Source of the DNA: Candidatus Omnitrophota bacterium
Lineage (GTDB): Bacteria; Omnitrophota; Gorgyraeia; 2-01-FULL-45-10
Direction: 5' to 3'
NCBI GenBank assembly: GCA_017993955.1
Contig: JAGOLR010000001.1
Span: 15,876-79,875 of the forward strand
DNA: 64,000 bases
Part shown: positions 20,332-33,283 of the stretch, piece by piece
Layout of the letters: the number at the start of each line of letters is the position of its first letter
Numbering within the stretch: position 1 is the first letter of the stretch
Notes under the pieces: generated by a model
What the model was told of the DNA's origin: nothing
Database searches by the model: none
Seen by the model: the letters and a program-made list of their open reading frames with translations, nothing else
Position numbers and translations under genes: made by a program

Positions 20332-20518
20332 CTATCTTATTTTGTTCCCCGGGGAACTATGTTCCACGTGGAAAAACGCTTTAAGAACGTCTTTATCTTT
20401 TCGACTCGGCCAAAATTATTGTTCGAGCAATGTCGATAATAATAATTTTGGACTAGCTCGAAACGTATTTTTTATAGCTAAAATATACCTTAGAAAATTC
20501 ATATTGTCAAACAGAAAT

Positions 20519-22108
20519 CTACTGTTTTTTAAATACAGCCTGTTGCTCGACAACGGTAAGCACGGTATTAATAACCCAGTAAAGAACAAGCCCCGACGGC
20601 ATATTATAAAATATAAATCCGAACATTATTGGCATCACTATCAGCATTATCTTTTGCTGTTCTCTTTGCTCAACCGTTATCGCCAATCCCATCGTTTTTG
20701 TAGAGATTTTTTGTTGTAGCACCATCGCGACCACCATAACGAGCGGCAATATGTTTATGCTATTTCCTATCAATGGTAACGTAAATGGTATAGGTACTGC
20801 GTCGGGCATCGAAAGATCCTTGATCCATAAAAATTTTGTCCCGCGTAACTCTATAGACTTCATTAACGCTTGGTATAACGCAAAAAATATGGGCATTTGC
20901 AATAACATCGGCAAACAACCGCTAAATGGATTTATCTTATACTTTTTATATAGCTCCATTATCTCCTGGTTCAACTTTTGGGGGTTACCTTTATATTGAA
21001 CCTTTAGTTTTTCCATCTGAGGGTGCAATTCCTGCATCTTTTGCATAGATTTGAAGCTTTTCATGGTCAGCGGGAACAGGATAACATTCAAGAATACGGA
21101 TAATAATATTATTGCTAAACCCCAACTATGGACAATTTTGTAAAAAAACTTCATTACGGCAAGTATAAATTTGCTTATGCCGCCAAAGAAACCATAGTTT
21201 ATAGACTCGTCCAAGCCATATCCTACTTGCCGTAAGCTAGCTATGTCACTTGGACCAGCATATATAATATATTTTTGTTCGGATGTTTCACCTGGTTGAA
21301 TAGTGATAGGCTCTACATCCACACCATTCACAAGATACCCATTGCTAGAAACCGAATAAAACTGACTTATTGTATTAACAAAAGGCTTGAAAACTACGGA
21401 AAAATATTTATTTTTAAGGGCTGTCCAAGACACCTTACCTGGGTTTGTTATCCTGGAGTCCTTAGGATGCTTAAATCCAACGGATTTTTCATCTATTTTA
21501 GATGCTATCTCAACAAACTGTTTATTTTGAGCGCTATCTTCATTAACACCTGCCCCAGCTATGATTCTATATCCGAATATTTGCGGCGATTGTGACACGT
21601 TCGTAGCTAATATATTAAGCCCTATAGCAAACTTACCGGGTATTAACGTAAATCTCTTGGCTATTTTAAAGTTTTTTGAATTAAGATTATATGTAATCGT
21701 ATTATTGGATTTATCTGACGTGTATTCAACTCCACCGAGAGACAGATCTTTATCATGAGAAGAGATAGAGCCTAGATAAGAACTTTGATCTAGCACATCC
21801 GCAAGACATAGTGGAGCGCTTGTCTTGGTCCCATTATATCCTTTGAGACATATTTTCTTTAAGCCTGCATTGATATTACTAAACTCTAATACAAATTTTT
21901 CATTTTCTAAAATATCTAGATCTTCTTTTATCTGCGTATTGAGTTCTTTAGGGGTATCAATAGTTTGCAACTCTTCCGATTTTGATACAGAAGTCGTGGA
22001 AGGAATAGGTGCAGTTGTGTCAAGTGTTTTAGATGGCTTGTTAAAAAATTGAAAAGACACTATTATAAATATAGAAAGCGCTACTGCAATTACAAGTCTT
22101 TTTTCCAT
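20519..22108 (-). CDS. yidC: Membrane protein insertase YidC
   Basis: 529 aa with a periplasmic domain followed by a conserved 5-TM C-terminal core. Confidence 0.88.
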   Translation of the reverse strand: MEKRLVIAVALSIFIIVSFQFFNKPSKTLDTTAPIPSTTSVSKSEELQTIDTPKELNTQIKEDLDILENEKFVLEFSNINAGLKKICLKGYNGTKTSAPLCLADVLDQSSYLGSISSHDKDLSLGGVEYTSDKSNNTITYNLNSKNFKIAKRFTLIPGKFAIGLNILATNVSQSPQIFGYRIIAGAGVNEDSAQNKQFVEIASKIDEKSVGFKHPKDSRITNPGKVSWTALKNKYFSVVFKPFVNTISQFYSVSSNGYLVNGVDVEPITIQPGETSEQKYIIYAGPSDIASLRQVGYGLDESINYGFFGGISKFILAVMKFFYKIVHSWGLAIILLSVFLNVILFPLTMKSFKSMQKMQELHPQMEKLKVQYKGNPQKLNQEIMELYKKYKINPFSGCLPMLLQMPIFFALYQALMKSIELRGTKFLWIKDLSMPDAVPIPFTLPLIGNSINILPLVMVVAMVLQQKISTKTMGLAITVEQREQQKIMLIVMPIMFGFIFYNMPSGLVLYWVINTVLTVVEQQAVFKKQ

Positions 22109-22131
22109 TGTCCACCTTTTAATTGGAGATA

Positions 22132-22338
22132 TTAAGCCGGATCGTATCCGCCTTTTGATAGAGGATGGCAGCGTAAAAGCCTAAACATGCCTTTCAAGAG
22201 CCCCCTTATAACGCCATATTTTTCTACTGCATCAATAGCATATTGTGAGCAGGATGGATAAAACCTGCAGCATTGTAACTTCAACGTTGATAGATACTTA
22301 CGATAAAATTGTATGATCCAAACTATCTTTTTTTTCAT
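22132..22338 (-). CDS. yidD: Membrane protein insertion efficiency factor YidD
   Basis: 68 aa with the [11 protein letters not shown] motif. Confidence 0.88.
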   Translation of the reverse strand: MKKKIVWIIQFYRKYLSTLKLQCCRFYPSCSQYAIDAVEKYGVIRGLLKGMFRLLRCHPLSKGGYDPA

Positions 22339-22694
22339 TTGACTAACCCGGCTCTGGAGGCTAATTTCTTAAAACGCGACTCTATCTCCTGGTATGCTAT
22401 CTTTTTGCATGGAAGCTTTGTAAATATAACGACTATATCATAGCCGCCGGCTAAGTTCTTTTTTGTTTTACGGAAAACTTCGCGGGTAAGCCGGCGTAGC
22501 CGGTTTCGCATAGTGGCAAGCCGTATCTTCCTGGAACTGATAGAAAACCCCAGGCGCGTAACGGATGAGTTGTTGGGCATACAACGGATCACGATATAAT
22601 CGTCTTTGTATGGCCGCGCCTTTTTATATACTGCTTGAAATTGTTTGGATTTTAAAATATGCTCTGCTTTACGAAACTTCTCGTCGGAAATCAT
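22335..22694 (-). CDS. rnpA: Ribonuclease P protein component
   Basis: 119 aa, basic. It lies between rpmH and yidD, the canonical position. Confidence 0.85.
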   Translation of the reverse strand: MISDEKFRKAEHILKSKQFQAVYKKARPYKDDYIVIRCMPNNSSVTRLGFSISSRKIRLATMRNRLRRLTREVFRKTKKNLAGGYDIVVIFTKLPCKKIAYQEIESRFKKLASRAGLVK

Positions 22695-22828
22695 ACCGTA
22701 AGCTTACGGCGGCCTTTCTGTCTGCGTCTCTTTAGCACCTCGCGGCCCCAGCGGTCTTTCATCCTTTTTCTGAACCCATGTTTCCTTTTCCTCTTTATAT
22801 TGGATTTCGGGCGTAAATTATATTTCAT
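22691..22828 (-). CDS. rpmH: 50S ribosomal protein L34
   Basis: Not in the ORF track because it is under 60 aa. Manual translation gives [45 protein letters not shown]. Its TGA stop overlaps the rnpA ATG (ATGA). Confidence 0.85.
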   Translation of the reverse strand: MKYNLRPKSNIKRKRKHGFRKRMKDRWGREVLKRRRQKGRRKLTV

Positions 22829-23097
22829 GATATTTTCCTTTCGTTTGGTGAATGCTGATTATATCATATAGAATATAGTCGTCAATAGATTTATCTTTTT
22901 TGGAGTGCCTGCTATTCCTTTATGAAATATTAAAACATGTCAGCCCGGCGCGCAACACCGGCTCTTTTACCCGTAAACCGGATATAAATGTTTAAATACA
23001 CTTTTTAGGCGTGAGATTTTCCTTGCATTACCATCTTTTTTTTAATATAATACGCCTCGCGCCATGTCTTTTCACCGCGTACTATATGTGAACACCT

Positions 23098-23149
23098 TGT
23101 GGATAACTTATTATTTTATGTTAAAAACCCGGTTTACAGCTGTGGATAA
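23098..23149. promoter_or_regulatory. Two perfect DnaA boxes (TGTGGATAA, the complement of TTATCCACA) upstream of dnaA
   Basis: Exact 9-mers at 23098-23106 and 23141-23149 in the same orientation. The surrounding region is AT-rich (22830-23160). Confidence 0.7.
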
Positions 23150-23163
23150 CTTGGGAATATGTT

Positions 23164-24537
23164 ATGCAAGAGCATGAGCAATCCATCTGGTCGAGAGCCT
23201 TGGAGTATATAAAGGCAGAACTTAATAACGACCAGACTTATAATGTATGGTTCAGCCCTATAAAATACGTAGGCCTTGCCCAGGACAAGATCACCCTTGA
23301 GGTCCCGAATAAGTTCTTCAAAGTATGGCTTCTCGAGCGGTATATGGACCTGATCAATAATTGTATCGAGAAGTCATCGGGTAAGGAGCTGGGTATAGAG
23401 TTTGTATTGGGCGAGGCCGAAGAAGACGAGGCCATTGGCAAAACAAGGCCTGCCGAACAAAAAAAAGACGCCAGACAGTTCTGGCCTTTCGCAAAACCGG
23501 TATCCGGAGTCGCAAAGGAGATAGGTCTAAACCAGAAGTATACCTTCGAGAGTTTTATCGAGGGGCCGAGCAACAGGTTCGCAAGGGCGGCATCGCTGGC
23601 GGTCTCGGATTCACCGGCCAAAGCCTACAACCCGCTTTTTATCTACGGTGGCGTGGGTCTCGGTAAGACGCATCTTATGCACGCCATCGCCCACCGGGCT
23701 CTGCAACGCTCTCCCAAGACTAAGATTTTATACATCTCCAGTGAGGATTTTACCAACCAATTGATAAGCGCGATACAAAACCGCACAACTCCCGCCTTCA
23801 GGACTAAATATAGAAATGTTGACATCTTACTTATAGACGATATACAATTTATCGCCGGTAAAGAATCTACGCAAGAAGAGTTCTTTCACACATTCAATAC
23901 GCTTTTCGACGCGCATAAGCAGATAGTGGTCTCGAGCGACCGGCCCCCGAAGGAGATCCACCTCCTTGAGGAGCGTCTCGTATCCCGTTTTGAGTGGGGC
24001 CTGGTAACCGATATCCAGCCGCCTGATTTTGAAACGCGCATGGCTATATTAAAGAAGAAGTCCGAGAAGGAAACGATAGCGCTGCCCGAAGATGTTTTTT
24101 ATTTTTTAGCGGAGAAGATCAAGACAAACATACGGGAGCTTGAGGGGGCGCTGATACGGGTGGTGGCTTATGCAAAACTTATAGGTAAAGACGTATCCGT
24201 CGCTTTGGTAAAAGAGGTTTTAAAGGATATGTTGATCGAGGGGGAAAAGAAGATCACTATAGACCTGATACAAAAAAAGGTTAGCGAATATTTTGATATA
24301 AAACTTTCGGATATGCGCGCTAAGAAGCGCTCCAAAACCATAGCTTACCCCAGGCAGATAGCTATGTATCTTGCGCGACAACTTACCGATTTTTCTCTTC
24401 CTGAGATCGGGGATCAGTTCGGCGGGCGCGACCACACTACCGTTATACACGCTTGCGATAAGATAGAGGGTGATTTGAAATCCAAAGAAGGTTTTAAAAA
24501 GATGATTGACAATTTGGTTTTAAGCCTTAAAGGATAG
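23164..24537 (+). CDS. dnaA: Chromosomal replication initiator protein DnaA
   Basis: 457 aa with AAA+ motif GGVGLGKTHLMHAI and the C-terminal DNA-binding domain. Confidence 0.95.
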   Translation: MQEHEQSIWSRALEYIKAELNNDQTYNVWFSPIKYVGLAQDKITLEVPNKFFKVWLLERYMDLINNCIEKSSGKELGIEFVLGEAEEDEAIGKTRPAEQKKDARQFWPFAKPVSGVAKEIGLNQKYTFESFIEGPSNRFARAASLAVSDSPAKAYNPLFIYGGVGLGKTHLMHAIAHRALQRSPKTKILYISSEDFTNQLISAIQNRTTPAFRTKYRNVDILLIDDIQFIAGKESTQEEFFHTFNTLFDAHKQIVVSSDRPPKEIHLLEERLVSRFEWGLVTDIQPPDFETRMAILKKKSEKETIALPEDVFYFLAEKIKTNIRELEGALIRVVAYAKLIGKDVSVALVKEVLKDMLIEGEKKITIDLIQKKVSEYFDIKLSDMRAKKRSKTIAYPRQIAMYLARQLTDFSLPEIGDQFGGRDHTTVIHACDKIEGDLKSKEGFKKMIDNLVLSLKG

Positions 24538-24540
24538 TTT

Positions 24541-24716
24541 TGGTTGTTGGTTTGTTGTGATTTGTGTTGATAAGTTTATGTGGTTTTAAACAATGTGTTT
24601 TATGTTGTATAATATTGCAGTTACGTCGGTTGTGTAGTTATACACATATCCACAGGTATTACTAATATTTCTTCTGTCTTTTAAAAAATAATAGAAACCG
24701 AAGAGGTGTGGACAAA
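24541..24716. promoter_or_regulatory. dnaA-dnaN intergenic region with DnaA-box-like 9-mers and an AT-rich tract (oriC candidate)
   Basis: TTATaCACA at 24638-24646, aTATCCACA at 24646-24654, TGTGGAcAA at 24707-24715. A GT-rich tract lies at 24541-24600 and an AT-rich tract at 24661-24695. Confidence 0.5.
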
Positions 24717-25814
24717 ATGAAATTTAATACAACCAAAGACGTTCTTTTAAAAGGTATACAAAGCGTACAAGCGGCTATAGGGACAAAAGCCAACCTACCG
24801 ATATTATCAAATATATTAATAGAAGGTACGGATGATGAAGTGGTGATGACAACGACAGATCTTGATATAGGTATAGTATCCACAATACCTATAAAACCTT
24901 CGGTAAAAGGAGCCATTACAATACCGGCTAAAAAATTCTCGGATATAATAAAGGAGTTGCCGGAGAAAGAAACGATATCAATATCAGTCAAAAAAAATAA
25001 TCTCGTAAATATAGATTGCGAAAAAAATTCTTTCAAAATAATGGGTTTGCCAAAAGAGGAATTTCCCCAAGTCCCGGCGTTCAAAGACAAAGATTCAATA
25101 ATTCTCCAGCAAAAAACTTTCAAAAAAATGCTCTCAATGACAAACTTTGCCATAAGTCACGATGAGACGCGTTATGTTTTAAACGGCGTGTTGGCGATAA
25201 TCAAACCTTCTTTTATAAGGCTCGTCGCCACAGACGGCAGGAGATTGGCTGTTATAGAAGAGAAGATGCAGCTTCCAAAAACACTGGAGAGAAAGATCAT
25301 AATACCGATAAAAGCGGTCGGCGAACTTCTTAGGGTTTTGGGCGATGAGGGCGACGTCAAAATATACTTTGCCGAGAACCAGGTATTTTTCGACGTCGGA
25401 GCCGTGAGAATAATATCCCGCCTGATCGAAGGCGAATTCCCGAACTACGAGCAAGTTATTCCAAAAGAGATCAAAGATAAGATCGTTTTATCGAGAGACA
25501 AATTTCTGTCCGGCATAAAACGCGTCGCTTTATTTACAAACCCGGATTCTATGGCGGTAAAGATAGACCTCGCTCAAAATAAGATCGTGCTTTCAAAAAA
25601 CACGCCATATCTGGGTGAGGCCCGTGTTGAGCTGGAGGCGGATTATAAAGGCAAGGAACTGTCGGTCGGCTTCAACCCTGACTACCTGGCCGATCTTTTA
25701 AAAAACATTGACGATGAAAAGGTTAATTTTGAGATAGTGGATTCGGAAAAACCGGGAGTGGTGAGGATCGGTTCCGAATATACCTATGTCGTTCTTCCGA
25801 TGCAGATAACATAA
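24717..25814 (+). CDS. dnaN: DNA polymerase III beta subunit (sliding clamp)
   Basis: Starts MKFNTTKDVLLKGIQSVQ. The ORF track begins at a GTG 9 nt upstream. The ATG at 24717 has a GAAGAGG RBS. Confidence 0.9.
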   Translation: MKFNTTKDVLLKGIQSVQAAIGTKANLPILSNILIEGTDDEVVMTTTDLDIGIVSTIPIKPSVKGAITIPAKKFSDIIKELPEKETISISVKKNNLVNIDCEKNSFKIMGLPKEEFPQVPAFKDKDSIILQQKTFKKMLSMTNFAISHDETRYVLNGVLAIIKPSFIRLVATDGRRLAVIEEKMQLPKTLERKIIIPIKAVGELLRVLGDEGDVKIYFAENQVFFDVGAVRIISRLIEGEFPNYEQVIPKEIKDKIVLSRDKFLSGIKRVALFTNPDSMAVKIDLAQNKIVLSKNTPYLGEARVELEADYKGKELSVGFNPDYLADLLKNIDDEKVNFEIVDSEKPGVVRIGSEYTYVVLPMQIT

Positions 25815-25822
25815 ACGCGCAC

Positions 25823-26149
25823 ATGGCCGGCGACACCAACCCCCTCGACAAGATATTAAAAAACGTTATCGAGAAGATGGGGAAGAAGCGGCCCGGCGAA
25901 GAAGAGATAAGCGAGGCTTGGGTCGAAGCCGCGGGGAATGCCGCCGCCCGCCACTCGCGGCCGGTAGCCCTGAAAAAATCGGTGCTGGTGGTAAATGTAG
26001 ACGGGTCAGGCTGGCTTTATCAATTGTCTGTATCCAGGCGCGAGATCTTGGCGCGTTTAGGCGAGCTGATCAAAAAGAAGAAGATAAAAGACATACGTTT
26101 CAGAATAGGGGATATAACGCCCCCTAAAGAGGGCGATAAAAAAACATAA
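25823..26149 (+). CDS. DUF721/DciA-like protein
   Basis: 108 aa. VLVVNVDGSGWLYQLSVSRREILARLGE resembles the DUF721 core. Small DUF721 genes commonly occupy this dnaN-gyrB slot in place of recF. Confidence 0.55.
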   Translation: MAGDTNPLDKILKNVIEKMGKKRPGEEEISEAWVEAAGNAAARHSRPVALKKSVLVVNVDGSGWLYQLSVSRREILARLGELIKKKKIKDIRFRIGDITPPKEGDKKT

Positions 26150-28708
<2,559 letters not shown>

Positions 28709-28822
28709 AATTTGTTTGTTGGGTTTGTTGCGTTTATTGCGTTTGTTGAGTTATTTACATAACACAATAGACCCAAAAACGCAACGAACGCAATGAACTA
28801 ACCTGCAGATTAAGAGGAGACA

Positions 28823-31492
28823 ATGTACACACGCAACGAAAAACTTGTTCCCGTATATATCGAAGAGGAGATGAAAGACTCCTACATCAATTACGCGATG
28901 AGCGTTATTGTAGGAAGGGCGCTTCCGGACGTAAGAGACGGATTGAAGCCCGTGCATCGCAGGATACTCTACGCGATGAAGGAGCTTTCGCTCGAGCACA
29001 ACAAGCCATATAAAAAGAGCGCGCGTATCGTCGGAGAGGTTTTAGGTAAATACCATACGCACGGCGACGTGGCGGTATATGACACGCTTGTCCGCATGGC
29101 CCAGGATTTCTCTCTGCGATATCCGCTTGTGGACGGGCAGGGGAACTTCGGCTCCATAGACGGCGATTCGCCCGCTGCCATGAGGTATACGGAAGCCAGA
29201 CTCGCCCACATCACCGACGAGATGCTTCTCGATATAGAGAAGAACACGGTAGATTTTATGCCGAACTTCGACGGGTCCCTGGAAGAGCCGAAGGTCTTGC
29301 CGGCATGCCTGCCGAACCTTATAGTCAACGGTTCTTCGGGTATCGCCGTCGGCATGGCTACAAACATCCCGCCGCACAATCTTCGCGAGATAGCCAGCGC
29401 TATCATATATATCATAGATAATCCGGAATGCGAATCAAAAGATCTTTTGAAGATAGTCAAGGGCCCAGACTTTCCGACGGGAGGTATCATACGGGGTGTT
29501 GAGGGCATAAGAAACGCATACATAACCGGCCGCGGTATAGTAAGAATAAATGCCAAGGCTTATATAGAGGAACAGAAGAATGGCAAAGAGGCGATATTGA
29601 TAAAAGAGATACCATACATGGTCAATAAGGCCAACCTCATCGCTTCGATAGCCAATCTTGTCACCGATAAAAAGATAGAAGGCATTTCCGACATACGGGA
29701 TGAATCCGATAAAGACGGTATGCGTATAGTCGTGGATCTTAAGCGCGGCTCGAACGCCAATATAATTTTGAACCAGCTCTATAAACACACCCAGATGAAA
29801 GAGACCTTTGGCGTTATTATGCTGGCGCTTGTCGACGGCAGGCCCAAGGTTTTAAGTCTTAAAGAGATATTGGTGGAGTTCATCAAGCATCGCAAGAACG
29901 TCGTTGTCCGCAGGACTCAGCACGATCTGGACAAAGCCCTCGACAGAGCTCATATACTCGAAGGATTAAAGATAGCGCTTTCGAATCTGGACAAGATAAT
30001 AAAGATAATCAAAGAATCGAAGGATCCCCAGATAGCCAAAGCCGAACTCATGAAGAGGTTTGAGCTTTCAGATAGACAGGCGCAAGCGATCCTGGAGATG
30101 CAGCTGCAGCGATTGACCGGCCTGGAGCGCGACAAGATAGAGAAAGAATACCTTGAGCTTATCAAAAAGATCGAGATGTACCGGGCCATCTTGGCAAGCG
30201 AAAAAAAGATCTACGAGATAATAAAGACCGAAACTAAGGAACTTTCCGAAAAATTCGGCGATGACCGCAGGACGGAGATCGCCTTGTCCGAAGACAAAGA
30301 GCTCGCCATAGAAGACCTTATTGCCGAGGAAGACGTTGTGATAACTATAAGCCACGCGGGCTACATAAAGCGTTTGCCGGTATCCGCTTACCGCAAACAG
30401 CGTCGGGGCGGCAAGGGGGTATCCGGGGCCGAGATGAAAGAAGAGGATTTCGTGGAACACCTATTTATAGCTACTACCCACGAGTACATCCTATTCTTTA
30501 CAAATAAAGGCAATGTCCATTGGCTTAAGGTGCACGAGATACCGGAAGCCGGCAGGCTATCTAAGGGCAAAGCCATTATCAATATGGTCCAGCTCTCCCA
30601 GGGTGAGCAGATAAGCGCCTTTGTGCCTGTAAAAGAGTTCAAAGACGGATGTTATCTTATGATGGCTACAAAGAGCGGCACCATCAAGAAGACAACCCTC
30701 TCCGCGTATTCTAACCCAAGACGCGGCGGCATCATAGGCATAGGCCTCGAAGACGGAGACGCACTTATAGATGTAGCTATGACAAACGGCAGCGACGAGA
30801 TACTCCTGGCTACCAAAGAGGGCAAGGCCGTAAGGTTCAAAGAATCCGACGTCAGGGATATGGGCCGGGGTGCCAAGGGAGTGCGCGGCATCAACCTGGG
30901 CAAAAAGGACGTTTGTATAGCTATGGAGATAGTCAAGCCCGATGCTACGGTCCTAACCGTTACGGGTGAAGGCTTTGGCAAAAGGACGCCTTTTAAAGAA
31001 TACCGGCTGCAATCAAGAGGCGGGAAGGGTATAATCAATATAAAAGTCACCGGCAAGAACGGCGAGGCGGTCGGGTTAAAAACAGTCACAGATCGCGATG
31101 AGATAATGCTCATGACCGAAAAGGGCATGGTGGTCAGATCACCCATAAAAGATATACGGACGACCGGTCGCTCCACCCAAGGTGTGCGTCTTATGAAGCT
31201 GGACTCCGGCGATAAGATAGCATCTATAGCCAAGATCGTCCCGGATGACGAAGATGAAAAGACCGAAAACGGAGAAGCCGCGGACAAGGCCAAGACTGTT
31301 ACGCCGGCCGTTAAAGGTTCGTCAACACAGATCAAAGTAGATTCCGAGCCGGTGATTGACGAAGACGCCGAAACGAAGGCAGACGCCCATGCTCTTGCGG
31401 CAGTAGCTATGGCAGCGAAGCAGGAAGATGATAAAGCAGCGAAAGTCAAGCCCAAGACTGCTGCTAAGAAAGCAATAAAGCGCAAGAAATAG
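28823..31492 (+). CDS. gyrA: DNA gyrase subunit A, with Lys/Ala-rich C-terminal tail
   Basis: 889 aa with [28 protein letters not shown], catalytic Tyr and the GyrA-box region. A low-complexity acidic then basic tail extends after about residue 800. Confidence 0.95.
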   Translation: MYTRNEKLVPVYIEEEMKDSYINYAMSVIVGRALPDVRDGLKPVHRRILYAMKELSLEHNKPYKKSARIVGEVLGKYHTHGDVAVYDTLVRMAQDFSLRYPLVDGQGNFGSIDGDSPAAMRYTEARLAHITDEMLLDIEKNTVDFMPNFDGSLEEPKVLPACLPNLIVNGSSGIAVGMATNIPPHNLREIASAIIYIIDNPECESKDLLKIVKGPDFPTGGIIRGVEGIRNAYITGRGIVRINAKAYIEEQKNGKEAILIKEIPYMVNKANLIASIANLVTDKKIEGISDIRDESDKDGMRIVVDLKRGSNANIILNQLYKHTQMKETFGVIMLALVDGRPKVLSLKEILVEFIKHRKNVVVRRTQHDLDKALDRAHILEGLKIALSNLDKIIKIIKESKDPQIAKAELMKRFELSDRQAQAILEMQLQRLTGLERDKIEKEYLELIKKIEMYRAILASEKKIYEIIKTETKELSEKFGDDRRTEIALSEDKELAIEDLIAEEDVVITISHAGYIKRLPVSAYRKQRRGGKGVSGAEMKEEDFVEHLFIATTHEYILFFTNKGNVHWLKVHEIPEAGRLSKGKAIINMVQLSQGEQISAFVPVKEFKDGCYLMMATKSGTIKKTTLSAYSNPRRGGIIGIGLEDGDALIDVAMTNGSDEILLATKEGKAVRFKESDVRDMGRGAKGVRGINLGKKDVCIAMEIVKPDATVLTVTGEGFGKRTPFKEYRLQSRGGKGIINIKVTGKNGEAVGLKTVTDRDEIMLMTEKGMVVRSPIKDIRTTGRSTQGVRLMKLDSGDKIASIAKIVPDDEDEKTENGEAADKAKTVTPAVKGSSTQIKVDSEPVIDEDAETKADAHALAAVAMAAKQEDDKAAKVKPKTAAKKAIKRKK

Positions 31493-31595
31493 TCATATGC
31501 GTTTATAGTTCATTGTCTATCGTTTATCGTAAAAGACACTATACGATTAACGATTGACGATTAACAAAAACGATGCTATAAGATTACAACACGTC

Positions 31596-31673
31596 GTCCC
31601 CATCGTCTAGTCTGGTCTAGGACATCAGATTTTCATTCTGACGACCCGGGTTCGAATCCCGGTGGGGACGCCA
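31596..31673 (+). tRNA. tRNA-Glu (anticodon UUC)
   Basis: Acceptor GTCCCCA..TGGGGAC, D-arm GTCT-AGTCTGGTCTA-GGAC, anticodon loop TTTTCAT, T-arm CCGGG-TTCGAAT-CCCGG, discriminator G, CCA encoded. Confidence 0.85.
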
Positions 31674-31787
31674 TCCTTCTTCGCCCTTCAACATGCAAAT
31701 AGCGGGTAGGGCTTCGCAGAGATTTTCGGAATCCCAAGGCCCTACGAAGCCATACCTAATATTTTATGTTGATTGGCGAAGTAGACC

Positions 31788-31804
31788 GGTTGGGGACGCC
31801 ATCT
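31788..31804 (+). repeat. Direct repeat of the tRNA-Glu 3' end (GGT-TGGGGACGCCATC), att-site-like
   Basis: A 12-nt exact match (GGGGACGCCATC) plus flanking GGT to tRNA-Glu positions 31660-31675, located about 115 nt downstream of the tRNA. Confidence 0.6.
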
Positions 31805-31945
31805 TAACTATAGTGTTTTCAAGCAGTTGTGCTATGTTTTCCAGTAATGGTTACTAAGAGGGAAATCACGTATTTTATGGCCTGATGGTCCCTATATGGT
31901 CCCCGGAATTATGATGGCTCGATGCACAAATATATAGTTTTAATA

Positions 31946-31972
31946 GGCAACCCAAAAAGGGTTGCTTTTTTA
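31946..31972 (+). terminator. Rho-independent terminator
   Basis: GGCAACCC-aaaaa-GGGTTGC followed by TTTTTT. Confidence 0.7.
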
Positions 31973-32006
31973 TTGCACAAAATCAGCGAGATAGAGAGCT
32001 GGGATT

Positions 32007-32720
32007 ATGCTTACACAAAAGCGTAGCAATAAAGGGGGCTATAGAAATTTTTTTGCGAAATATGAGCATATCTGTGAGAAAAAACGCATAAGTCACTATG
32101 CTCAAATTCATTCATTGATTGATTCGTATGCATATCGGTCTAAAATGTTTTGTAAGTCTAACAAAGTCCTCGCACCTAATTTTAATCCCTTTGAATTACT
32201 CTGTATAACCGACGACGAAAGAAAGCATAGCGCAATTCTGGCATGGTTATTCGATCCTTTGGGTAGCCATGGACAAGGTAATATATTTTTTAAAACGTTT
32301 CTCTCATATTTTGACTATGATGCTAAGTTTGCCACCGAAGACTATAAATCTACGACAGAATTCTGCGTTAAGGAGTCGATCATAGATATTTTGATTTATG
32401 GGAGCCGATTTATTTTTTGGGTTGAAAATAAGACCTTCTCACAGGAGGGGCATGACCAGACTAATCGAGAATATCGCGACCTATTAGGATTTTCAAAAAA
32501 ACTTAATATACAAAAAAATATTTTCCCAATATATCTATCTTTATCAGGGGAAAGACCCCAAAATAAAGAATGGCGGCCAATTGCATATCGAGAGCTAGCA
32601 AAGGCTCTCGAGACAGTCATAGAGGATGTTCGATGTGTTTATGTGCAGCATTTTGTGAGATCGTGGATAGTGGTTTTGCAAAAACTGCGAGAAGAAGACA
32701 CGATAGGAGATGAAATATGA
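32007..32720 (+). CDS. Hypothetical protein with PD-(D/E)xK-like nuclease motifs (island gene 1)
   Basis: 237 aa. ITDDERKHSAILAWLFDP ... IIDILIY ... FWVENK gives a D...ExK arrangement typical of restriction-endonuclease-fold proteins. No family confidently recognised. Confidence 0.5.
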   Translation: MLTQKRSNKGGYRNFFAKYEHICEKKRISHYAQIHSLIDSYAYRSKMFCKSNKVLAPNFNPFELLCITDDERKHSAILAWLFDPLGSHGQGNIFFKTFLSYFDYDAKFATEDYKSTTEFCVKESIIDILIYGSRFIFWVENKTFSQEGHDQTNREYRDLLGFSKKLNIQKNIFPIYLSLSGERPQNKEWRPIAYRELAKALETVIEDVRCVYVQHFVRSWIVVLQKLREEDTIGDEI

Positions 32721-33283
32721 GTTCTATTTTTTCCGAGGAAAGCAAATTTCTTGTTTCTAGGTGGCAGACCGTAGAGAAGCTCGACAAAGATATACAGACG
32801 CTCAGATACGAGTTTACGCAGTATTTGGATAGCGTCAGGAAAATATTAAAAAAACGAAACTGGTGGGGTGACGATTTAATATTTGAGCAGTATAGACAAG
32901 AAGGGATTTATATTGCGCGAAAGAGTTGGTTTATCCGAAAAAACGATAGATACCCGGCCATATGGATAGGGGTTGAAGAGTTTAAGCCGGAAAGCATGTT
33001 TGGGTTGGGTGAGCCAGCCGATTGTTATTTATGGGTGTTTGGAAAAATGCTTGGGAAGAAGGCCGATACGGTACGTAATGATTTAACGCGTATAAGCGAA
33101 AAGAATCGGGGGCTAAAAAAATATATATACGGCAAAGAAAATAACCAAATTCTTTATAAACCACTGCCAAAGTATTTTAATAGGGAATATAAAGCATTTA
33201 TCGCGGGCGAACCCTTAAGGGACGCTGCCGATTTTATAGAACGAACATATTTGGCGATTAGAAAATATAAGATAAAGAAATGA
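32717..33283 (+). CDS. Hypothetical protein (island gene 2)
   Basis: 188 aa, basic, with no recognisable motif. Its start overlaps the upstream stop (ATGA). Confidence 0.4.
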   Translation: MSSIFSEESKFLVSRWQTVEKLDKDIQTLRYEFTQYLDSVRKILKKRNWWGDDLIFEQYRQEGIYIARKSWFIRKNDRYPAIWIGVEEFKPESMFGLGEPADCYLWVFGKMLGKKADTVRNDLTRISEKNRGLKKYIYGKENNQILYKPLPKYFNREYKAFIAGEPLRDAADFIERTYLAIRKYKIKK

